Source of the DNA: Candidatus Cloacimonadales bacterium
Lineage (GTDB): Bacteria > Cloacimonadota > Cloacimonadia > Cloacimonadales > JAIOQZ01
Reading direction: 5' to 3'
NCBI GenBank assembly: GCA_963662655.2
Contig: CAXXTU010000002.1
Location: 3,200,001 to 3,264,000, forward strand
DNA length: 64,000 nucleotides
This document shows positions 56,124-64,000 of the stretch, piece after piece (the first letter of the stretch is position 1; every line of letters starts with the position of its first letter). Made by a program: the position numbers and the translations under genes. The notes beneath the pieces were generated by a model. It was not told where the DNA came from. It saw nothing but the letters and a program-made list of their open reading frames with translations, and searched no databases.

Positions 56124-58198
56124 TACTCTTCTCCCTTCCCTTGTGCAAAGACACTGAGCGGTACTTCCACGAAAACCGGTCGAATGGTGTGAGGTACGAC
56201 GTTCTCCGCTGGAACGCCCTCCTCCCTGAACACCTGCTTCAAAAGGACATCGCAGGTTTTGCTTCCGCAAGGCCCCATCCCCATGTGGGTAATGGCCTTG
56301 ATATGATTGATATCGGTGATTCCTTCCCGGATGAGCTTGCGAACTTCACCCGCGGTTACGCGTTCGCACAGGCAGATCATCGCGTCGTCGGCAGTTTTCT
56401 CGATGATAATCGGTTGCGAGAGCGGTGCGGAAACTTCCTCCGGCTGGATACGGATGCCCACGATCTTCTTGGCGATGGCCTTCGGCGCTGCCACTTTCAC
56501 CAACTGGGTTTTGCGGTTCTTCACGGTGGTGATTGCGGAGACTTCAAGCTCGGCCAGCTTGTTGCCGTCGATATCCGTAACCTGGATCGCATCGCCCTTC
56601 ACGATGGGCTGGTTGCCGACTTCGTACGGCAGGGTAACGGTAGGATTATCCGCGTCTTTGCGGTAATCGACAAGTGTGATTGCCAGTCCCGGGCAGATTG
56701 CTACGCACTGCCCGCAGCCGATGCATTCACCTTCGTAGTATGGATTGCCCATGATGGGGTCGCCGTCCAGATGGATCGCGCCCGTGGGGCAGATGGATGT
56801 GCATGGATTGCAGGGAATTTCCTGAATGCAATGCGTGATGGGGAATACGCCGTATTCTTCTGGATGAACGCGTTGTGGCTTGATCGGTCCCGGGTGCTTC
56901 TTGAGCACTTCGGCCTTCTCGTACCAACTTTGCGGGATGTTGCCCGATTGCTCCTGCATGTCGTCGGCGATCTGAAGTCCGGCGATCTTGCCGTTGAACA
57001 TCGCCGAGGAAGCCTCTGCGATTTCCGCCGCGTCACCGGCTGCGTACGTGGGGATTCCTGCTTTTTCTGCTTCTATAGTGAGTTCGTCGACGCTGCTGAG
57101 GCCCACCGCGATCAGAATGGTGTCGCAGGTGAAGGTCTTCTCGGTTCCGGCGATCGGTTTGAATTTCTCGTCGATCTGGGTGATGGTGATCGAATCAACC
57201 GATTCCTCGCCGTTCGCGGAGAGGATCGAGTGGGATGTATAGATGGGGACGCCGAGTCGCTTGAGTTTGTCTGCGTGGACCTTGTATCCGCCGCATCGTG
57301 GCATGGCTTCCACGAGTCCGACCACCTCGATATCTGCCTGAAGCGCGTGGTAGCCGGCGATCAGCCCGACGTTTCCTCCGCCGATGATGAAGAGCCGTTT
57401 GGTGGGACGCACGAGGTCGCGGTTGACCAGCGTCTGGAACGCGCCGGCTCCGTAGATGCCGGCGAGCGTATTTCCGGCGAACTTCAGGAACTTCTCACGT
57501 GCGCCGGCCGTGTTGAGAATGACCTTCGGTGAAACGAGTTTGTACACGCCGTCCTTGAGGACGCCGACCTTCTTGTCTTTGAACACGAAAAGCGCGGTGC
57601 TGTTCGCCCAGCAGGTTATGCTGGGATCATTCGAAGCTTGTTCCGCCAGCATCTTTCCGATGTCGTTTCCGCGCGTTCCGGCGTAGGAATCTTCCACGGA
57701 TCCGAAGAATTTATGCGTTTGCAGCACCAGCTTACCGCCGAGTTCGCTCTTGTCGTCGACGATCAACGTCGGGATGCCGCGTTTACCCAGTTCCAGGGCG
57801 GCCGAGAGTCCCGCGGGCCCTCCCCCGATGATCAGTACGTCGGTCGCGATTTCCTCGATCGGGCTGAGCTCGATCGCTTCCTTGATGTCCGGGAGCTCGG
57901 GCAATCCCTCGACGCTCTCGACGATCATGTTTTCTTCCACCGGCGTCATGCACGATTTCACAGGGATGCCGTTCGCGATGACCGCGCACTTGGCGCACTG
58001 GCCGTTCGCGCAGAAAATGCCCTGCGCGCTGCCGTCTTTCTCGTGGTGGCCGAAAATCTTGATGTCGTTGGCCATCAGCGCGGAGGATATGACCTCGCCA
58101 CGGCAGGCTGTCAGAGGGGTTTTGTTCCAGTAAAAGGTTATTTTGTCACATTCCTTCTGCGGAAGGATGGGATGTTCATGGATTCGATTCGTGTCCAT
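56123..58198 (-). CDS. Fused alpha subunit (2Fe-2S + FAD/NAD + 4Fe-4S ferredoxin + BFD-like) of a proline/sarcosine dehydrogenase complex
   Basis: GIFCANGQCAKC, IIGGGPAG, CNPCTSICP, CIGCGQCVAICP and CLCE...GMGPCGSKTC. Confidence 0.88.
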   Translation of the reverse strand: MDTNRIHEHPILPQKECDKITFYWNKTPLTACRGEVISSALMANDIKIFGHHEKDGSAQGIFCANGQCAKCAVIANGIPVKSCMTPVEENMIVESVEGLPELPDIKEAIELSPIEEIATDVLIIGGGPAGLSAALELGKRGIPTLIVDDKSELGGKLVLQTHKFFGSVEDSYAGTRGNDIGKMLAEQASNDPSITCWANSTALFVFKDKKVGVLKDGVYKLVSPKVILNTAGAREKFLKFAGNTLAGIYGAGAFQTLVNRDLVRPTKRLFIIGGGNVGLIAGYHALQADIEVVGLVEAMPRCGGYKVHADKLKRLGVPIYTSHSILSANGEESVDSITITQIDEKFKPIAGTEKTFTCDTILIAVGLSSVDELTIEAEKAGIPTYAAGDAAEIAEASSAMFNGKIAGLQIADDMQEQSGNIPQSWYEKAEVLKKHPGPIKPQRVHPEEYGVFPITHCIQEIPCNPCTSICPTGAIHLDGDPIMGNPYYEGECIGCGQCVAICPGLAITLVDYRKDADNPTVTLPYEVGNQPIVKGDAIQVTDIDGNKLAELEVSAITTVKNRKTQLVKVAAPKAIAKKIVGIRIQPEEVSAPLSQPIIIEKTADDAMICLCERVTAGEVRKLIREGITDINHIKAITHMGMGPCGSKTCDVLLKQVFREEGVPAENVVPHTIRPVFVEVPLSVFAQGKGEE

Positions 58199-58333
58199 AC
58201 TCAACTCCTGAGGTACGATTGGAAACAAAAAAAAAGAGGTTGGAGCATTGTCAAGGAAAAGCGGGAAAACACGGTGCAACTTTCAGATGAGACCGGCCTG
58301 ATGCGTAAACGGAACGGGACGCCCAGACATTGG

Positions 58334-60763
58334 TTATTCAGTTTTTTGTTCGGGCAGTTCTCCACCATCGAGAAGTGTTTTCCATAGCCCGGGGACTCGC
58401 GCTTCGCTGTTTCGGGTATCGAAGGCCTTTGCCTCCAGTCCGTTGATCATTGAGAGATAGATCGTCGGGTCGGCTGTGCCGTCGTAACGACCGTCCGGCG
58501 TATAGGCAAGCCATTGGGTACCGTTCTTAACATAGACTAGCGACGCCAGATGTTCGCCCGTCGTGGAATCGAACAGGAAATACTCGCCCTCGATGCCACT
58601 TGTGACGATCCGGCTGCCGTCGTGATTGAAGCGGGGATGTACAGGCGATCCTCCGTGCCCAATATAAGCCGGTGGAAGCCTGAAATCATATGAAAGGATA
58701 TCATTGTAATGTAATGTGTCTACAACGCAGAAATCGGGTTTTCGGAATATCTTTGTGTAGCCGATGGCTATGTCGTCTTGTAAGCTGATTGCGGTACTAG
58801 CTTCGGCATATAATGCGCAGACTAATTTTGATTCCCTTATGTCATAGATGTTATATTCTTCGTGAACTGAATCCATTTCGTGAGTAAGTAAATATTTACC
58901 ACCGCTCAATATTCTGTAGGGTGCATCCTGCCCTTCAAAGGTACTTGGCTTCATAAATTCAACCGAATCGACGACAGTTTCGGATGCGATGTCCCACCAT
59001 TTGAAACACGCCTTTCTGCTGCCTCTCTTATCTGGAGTATAGGTTATGAGTTGCTTTCCGTTATCCGAAAAGGCGACAAAACTAGTTCTGACAGGATAAG
59101 TTATCGGCGAATTCCAGGGATTCTCCAAGTCGTGGAGTACTGTATTATCACGGTTTGCGGTTGCCAACCATTTCTCATCAGGGCTAATGGCGTATTTTTT
59201 AATTGCATGGTATGGATCGCTTGTTTCTGGATCATACAATCTTTCATGATCATATCGTACGGATAGTCCGTTTTCAAGATCGTACAATCGCACGTGGTCA
59301 CCTTTTTCGGCGACAAGATAGTTCATCGTTACGTTATATTTGCAATGCGGATCATATTCGATATCGAACTCCTTCATGTTCTGCAGCCGGAATTCCGATG
59401 ACTCAGCATCTTCCACGATTCGGAAGCCCATTGCCTTGGTCTTTTCGTACATCGACACAAATGTGTCCTCTTCTCGATTGAAGACGATGCGACCCAATTC
59501 AAACGAAGTATCGAGAACAGACTGTGTAGAGAAATCGGCAATATATGTTCGATTGTTTCTATTAAAAGTGGAAAAAGTGCAATATGGGGATAGCCAATTC
59601 GGACGACTCCATGAATAAATCTCTGAGAATTGCATACTTTCGATTTTCTGTGAGGATATCGAATAGCGGTACATTCGGTCGTTCGCGTCCTGCAGCAGGA
59701 ATTCGTTACTGGTTTCTGCATCGTAGATAGCTTTTATCGGAGATGTAGGTTCGGGATATTCCAGGACAGAATCGTTTCCGAGATCGATTACCATGAATGC
59801 CATGACACTGTCGCGTGTCTTTCTGTAATGATTATACGCTGGCCTTGCGACGATAGTGTTCTCGGCTTCGATGAATTTGATTTGATCCGTTTCATCCCAG
59901 GGAGTAGTGTAGTCTTTCAACAGCTCACCATCCGCGATTCTGTAAATTCTGATGTATCTCGATCCGCTTTTCACGAGTTTATCGTTGTTGATGATTGTAA
60001 ATCTGGGATGACGCATCGGTCGGGATTGGTCAAAATCGATTTTATTCCGGAATATTGAATTATGTATTGTGTCCCACCAGTACAACTCACTCCACTTTTT
60101 GCATGAAACCATTGGGATAAAGGTCGATCGGTGCTTATAATACGGGTATTGGTGCATTGGCATGTACGGTAAATCCTCTAACAAGGCTAAGGTATCACCG
60201 TTCACCATTGAAAGGATTTTCAATCCCTCTGGTCGGGAAAACAGTACTCTGTCGATATCCGGAGACAGCAATCCCCAGTTCACATCATCGCCGATATTCA
60301 GTATTCTGTTTGTCGAGATGCGCGACAGTGATTGCAAATGTTTACTCATTCCCAAGCTTCGTTCGCTATGTACGATATCCCCATCATGAAACATACACAA
60401 ACTGAAGAAGTTTCTGATCATATTCACTTCCCCTGTTTCACAATCAAAGGTTTTAATAATGGTTACGGTATTCGTTTCGACAATTTCTTCGATGAAGATT
60501 ATTTTTTTGGAATCGGGAGTGAAGAACAGATCAATAGGTCTCTCTTCGTATGTAAATAAATACGAAAAGTACTTGTACATCCTCTTGAAATCGCTATCCC
60601 ATAGCTGAATGCGCTGCCCATCAGAGATGGCAGCCCACTTGCCGTCCGGGCTGAACGCGAGAAAATGGAAATTGATTGCCCGATTGGGCGAGACGACCCA
60701 ATCGGAGGCAAGGCAGCCGGATATGATAATTACAAGCAATATGAGAATGGATGTTTTTCGCAT
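58334..60763 (-). CDS. Exported WD40-like beta-propeller protein
   Basis: Signal or lipobox ISGC. AFSPDGK, FTPDSK and ISPDEK blades. C-terminal WLAYTPDGRYDG motif. Confidence 0.75.
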   Translation of the reverse strand: MRKTSILILLVIIISGCLASDWVVSPNRAINFHFLAFSPDGKWAAISDGQRIQLWDSDFKRMYKYFSYLFTYEERPIDLFFTPDSKKIIFIEEIVETNTVTIIKTFDCETGEVNMIRNFFSLCMFHDGDIVHSERSLGMSKHLQSLSRISTNRILNIGDDVNWGLLSPDIDRVLFSRPEGLKILSMVNGDTLALLEDLPYMPMHQYPYYKHRSTFIPMVSCKKWSELYWWDTIHNSIFRNKIDFDQSRPMRHPRFTIINNDKLVKSGSRYIRIYRIADGELLKDYTTPWDETDQIKFIEAENTIVARPAYNHYRKTRDSVMAFMVIDLGNDSVLEYPEPTSPIKAIYDAETSNEFLLQDANDRMYRYSISSQKIESMQFSEIYSWSRPNWLSPYCTFSTFNRNNRTYIADFSTQSVLDTSFELGRIVFNREEDTFVSMYEKTKAMGFRIVEDAESSEFRLQNMKEFDIEYDPHCKYNVTMNYLVAEKGDHVRLYDLENGLSVRYDHERLYDPETSDPYHAIKKYAISPDEKWLATANRDNTVLHDLENPWNSPITYPVRTSFVAFSDNGKQLITYTPDKRGSRKACFKWWDIASETVVDSVEFMKPSTFEGQDAPYRILSGGKYLLTHEMDSVHEEYNIYDIRESKLVCALYAEASTAISLQDDIAIGYTKIFRKPDFCVVDTLHYNDILSYDFRLPPAYIGHGGSPVHPRFNHDGSRIVTSGIEGEYFLFDSTTGEHLASLVYVKNGTQWLAYTPDGRYDGTADPTIYLSMINGLEAKAFDTRNSEARVPGLWKTLLDGGELPEQKTE

Positions 60764-60984
60764 AAGCTCTCCCTATAGTACTTAGTAGAAAGAAGACGTA
60801 ATATGATCGGCCGTCAAGTTTTAAAAATGATTATATACGGTTGCGGGATTTTCCATTTGATATGATTACAGGACTGAATTCCGGGGCTTTTTTCAAGTCC
60901 GTAACGCGGTTCCCCCATTATCTTTTATCAATTATCCCAGCTCGCGGAGTATATCCTTGACAACTTCCAGCGCGTAAAGGGACT

Positions 60985-61548
60985 ATGAAGATTATGAAAA
61001 AAGCGATGTTTTTTCTCATACCACTGCTGCTGCTAATCGGTTGTGGCGGTGGAAATAGCGACCGGGGCGAAGAGGCCCTCGCACGCAAAATTTGCGAAGC
61101 GCTCCATGCGCAACGTGTCGAAACAATTGGAACTTGCATCATCAGCGAAGCCGATCTCGAATACCTCATGACCTACTTCTCGTTGAACACCAGGGAATAC
61201 CAGGCGATGACGCTCGAAGAGAAGCGCCAGTTCGAAGCGCTCTTCCAGAAGCGTCTGGACGAGATGAAGATCGCCTACAACGATCAGTACGAACGCATGG
61301 TCGATCAGATCGATCAGCTCTTGCAGTATTCGGGATTCGACTGGGACAAGCTTCGTTTCGAGGAATACCTAGTGGCTTTTCCCGACAGGGAAATCGAATA
61401 CATGCCCCGCTATGGGGAGTTTGTCGTCAGGTTTTCGATCGGCAAACAGAATTATAGCCTTCATACGGATGGAATCGTGAAAGTGAAAGGTGAATGGAAA
61501 TTGCAAATGGGCGAGTTCATTCTCGAGGAAGTAGACGACGATGCATGA
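60985..61548 (+). CDS. Hypothetical lipoprotein
   Basis: Lipobox LIGC. Overlaps the next gene. Confidence 0.65.
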   Translation: MKIMKKAMFFLIPLLLLIGCGGGNSDRGEEALARKICEALHAQRVETIGTCIISEADLEYLMTYFSLNTREYQAMTLEEKRQFEALFQKRLDEMKIAYNDQYERMVDQIDQLLQYSGFDWDKLRFEEYLVAFPDREIEYMPRYGEFVVRFSIGKQNYSLHTDGIVKVKGEWKLQMGEFILEEVDDDA

Positions 61549-62794
61549 AAAGATCGAGAAAGATAGTCTTCAGTTGTATTTGAAGCAGGTTCAGGAACAG
61601 TTTGAAGAGAGACCTGCTCTGGTTGTAATATACGACGTGATCGAGCAATTCGGGGAACTCGAGGAAACCTTGAAATCCACAGGACATATTGTGCGATTCA
61701 AGGATTCGTCGCCCGGTCAACGCCTGGATCAGGAAGATCAGGCCGATATGGTGATACACAATGTGCCGGACGTGAGCCGGATCGACGGTGTGTTTCACGA
61801 ATGCCTGACAAGCTGGCACGAGGCGTGTGTTCCGGTTCTCCTGATGCTCCCCGATGGCGAAGAGACCTTGCGCGAGAAGTACCTGAGTATGAATGTCGAA
61901 GCGGTCATCGTTGGCGCGTGGAAACCGGACGACATCCTCTGCCGTGTGACCAACCTGTTGAAGCTCCGCAGATATCAGCAGTGGAACGACATGCTCATGA
62001 GGCAGCTAACGGACCTCTTGCAGCGCAGGACGCACGATCTTATCGACGAAGAACGCCAGACGGTTATCGACAACCTTATAAACGGTATTTTTCATAACAT
62101 CCGGGGACCTCTGACCGGTATGTTCTTCGCCTGCGACAACATGGAGATGTCGGTTCAAGCCTTGACGCAAAGCATCGGCGGTTTAACGAGTCAGCGCGAG
62201 CTGGCCGATATCGACATGGGTGTGAAGATGATGCGCAAAGCCCTGGAGAAGATGAACGACATGCTCTGCAAGCTGCTCGAAAGAAGTGAAGCCGATAGCC
62301 GCGCCTTTCCGCAGGTCGTCGATCTGAACTCGCTCCTCACTCAGGAGATCGAACTCATGAAGGCCGACATGGACTTCAAACACCATATACGTCGTACGGA
62401 AGAACTCCATCCCGAGCCCATCTTTGTGAAGGTCGTGCGAGGCGAAATCTCGCAATCGATCTACTCGCTCATACGGAATGCCATTGAGGCCGTGGATGGC
62501 ATGGAAGGCCCCCATATAGCGATTCGAACCGATCTGAAAGATGGAATGGCCAACCTGTACATCGAAGATAACGGAAAAGGCATTACGCATGAAGTAGGGA
62601 TGAAAATCTTCGAGCCGTTCTTCAGTACGAAATCCAGGCAGCTCACTTTTGACCAAGGGATATCTGTCAGCAAGGGCCTCGGTCTGCACTTCGTTCTCCA
62701 ATCGCTCAGGGCGAATCAGGGTTTGATCACGGTAGATACGAAACCGGGAAGAACCTGCTTCCGGCTACGTTTCCCATTGTATGAAGAACCATGA
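61541..62794 (+). CDS. Cytoplasmic sensor histidine kinase with a degenerate receiver-like N-terminus
   Basis: H-box FHNIRGPL, N-box RNAIEA, DNGKGI, FEPFFSTK and GLGL. Confidence 0.85.
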   Translation: MHEKIEKDSLQLYLKQVQEQFEERPALVVIYDVIEQFGELEETLKSTGHIVRFKDSSPGQRLDQEDQADMVIHNVPDVSRIDGVFHECLTSWHEACVPVLLMLPDGEETLREKYLSMNVEAVIVGAWKPDDILCRVTNLLKLRRYQQWNDMLMRQLTDLLQRRTHDLIDEERQTVIDNLINGIFHNIRGPLTGMFFACDNMEMSVQALTQSIGGLTSQRELADIDMGVKMMRKALEKMNDMLCKLLERSEADSRAFPQVVDLNSLLTQEIELMKADMDFKHHIRRTEELHPEPIFVKVVRGEISQSIYSLIRNAIEAVDGMEGPHIAIRTDLKDGMANLYIEDNGKGITHEVGMKIFEPFFSTKSRQLTFDQGISVSKGLGLHFVLQSLRANQGLITVDTKPGRTCFRLRFPLYEEP

Positions 62795-63048
62795 TCGACG
62801 AACGTCCGGAAGAACCCATCGAGGTGATGTTTTACTTCGGCAAGGATAAACGATATCCGATGCGTTTCCGCTGGAAGGGCGAAGTGATCGATATCGAAAG
62901 CAATAACGGATACTGGATGCGTCACATCGGCAATGTCATTCACCACTATTACGCGGTGTCGGATCAGATTGGTCATTATTACGAACTCGAGATGAACGGT
63001 GAGACGCTTGCATGGAGAATCATGCGTTTCGTGATGGATATCGATTGA
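62791..63048 (+). CDS. Small conserved hypothetical protein (DUF6504-like)
   Basis: EPIEV...P.RFRW.G pattern. ATGA overlap. Confidence 0.55.
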   Translation: MIDERPEEPIEVMFYFGKDKRYPMRFRWKGEVIDIESNNGYWMRHIGNVIHHYYAVSDQIGHYYELEMNGETLAWRIMRFVMDID

Positions 63049-63150
63049 GCAAGCTTGTGTGTTCACGCGGATGTTCAATTTGGATAAATTGAGAGAACGT
63101 TAGATTATCGTTAAGAAAGAAGTTGATAATCACAGAATGCGGGAGAGTGA

Positions 63151-64000
63151 ATGAGCACAGAACCAAGCGTAGGCGAGATCGAGATTGAAGTAATCGGCAA
63201 TGGAATATCGGCGATTCTGAAGAGATTCTATCCTTATCTGCCGGATGGAACCCCAGTGACCACAGAGATTATCCTTGAAGAGCTGAAGAACAACAACGTC
63301 GTTTCCGGAATCGACGAAGACGCGATCAATTACTATCTCGCGATTGCCACGAAGAAGAACGAACCGCTATTGGATTGCCTGGTGGCATTCTCCACGCCTC
63401 CAAGAAGAAAAAGCACTCCGCGTCTTCATCTCCAGATCGATACCGATTTAAAGCCCGAGAATAAAGCCGGCTGGCATGCAATCTATCACAGCCTGAATCA
63501 ATACGATCCCGAGCTGGGCGGCGACGTTTACCCCAAGAAGCTCGCATTCCTCCACGAAAACCAGCGCATCGCAATCTATCAGCAGGTGCAGGAGAACGAG
63601 GAGGGCAAAAACATCTTCGGTGGCCGGATACCCCACCTTCGGGCCCACCCGGATGAATTCACCGCCGGCGCCAACGTGCACTATGATGACCGAACCGGCA
63701 CCTTTTCTTCCGGCGCATGCGGCTATCTGCTGATCTATGAGAACACGCTGCAAATCATCGATGCGTTCGTCCCCTCTTCCGACAAGATGAACCTCTATTT
63801 CCTTAACTTCCCTCGCTGGAACAAGGATTTCCCGAACCAGAACGAAATTGCCAAGTATAAACAGAAAAACAACATCGTCTTCGATATTATATTTGAGCAG
63901 GAGCATTTGGCCCTGGAGCCAATGACTCATCCTGTCGTATGCAGTGGAAAGTACCCCGGCGAATCGAGGGACGCGTCGATCGAGAAATTCTTCGAGATCG
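63151..64000 (+). CDS. FapA/DUF342-like protein, 3'-truncated by the window edge
   Basis: Absent from the ORF track, apparently because it runs off the window end. Hand translation begins MSTEPSVGEIEIEV...VTTEIILEELKNNNVVSGIDEDAI and includes EGKNIFG. Confidence 0.65.
   Translation, partial: MSTEPSVGEIEIEVIGNGISAILKRFYPYLPDGTPVTTEIILEELKNNNVVSGIDEDAINYYLAIATKKNEPLLDCLVAFSTPPRRKSTPRLHLQIDTDLKPENKAGWHAIYHSLNQYDPELGGDVYPKKLAFLHENQRIAIYQQVQENEEGKNIFGGRIPHLRAHPDEFTAGANVHYDDRTGTFSSGACGYLLIYENTLQIIDAFVPSSDKMNLYFLNFPRWNKDFPNQNEIAKYKQKNNIVFDIIFEQEHLALEPMTHPVVCSGKYPGESRDASIEKFFEI

Overview
Bacterial chromosomal window. Gene content and the style of the secreted proteins suggest an anaerobe of the FCB group, probably Candidatus Cloacimonadota; this is inference and not proven from the sequence. 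1-13.5 kb is an accessory region. It holds large secreted repeat proteins, one intact and three decayed IS3-family elements, and what looks like the right end of a transposable prophage interrupted by the intact IS. 13.5-17.4 kb is a methyltransferase-lpoB-lipoprotein operon. 17.5-24.4 kb is the most striking locus: a tightly packed six-gene operon. It encodes four Sec- or lipoprotein-signal proteins carrying 12 ferredoxin-type 4Fe-4S cysteine motifs in total, one of them a 1048-aa lipoprotein with a ferredoxin domain at each end of eight FN3 repeats. It also encodes a predicted outer-membrane beta-barrel and a Cys-bearing DsbD_2/TauE-like inner-membrane protein. This is a candidate heme-free 'porin/Fe-S' extracytoplasmic electron-transfer or metal-handling system. 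24.7-39.1 kb is mostly housekeeping: macrodomain, DnaQ-DinG, a giant TPR sigma-54 activator, GT9, a methyltransferase, alaS and a DEAD-box helicase. 39.5-54.9 kb holds a TPR sigma-54 activator followed by a sigma-54 promoter and three modular GLUG-type surface proteins that share a conserved C-terminal domain. The window ends with a proline/sarcosine dehydrogenase pair, a WD40 protein, a histidine kinase cluster and a truncated FapA-like gene. No rRNA, tRNA, CRISPR array or reverse transcriptase was seen.
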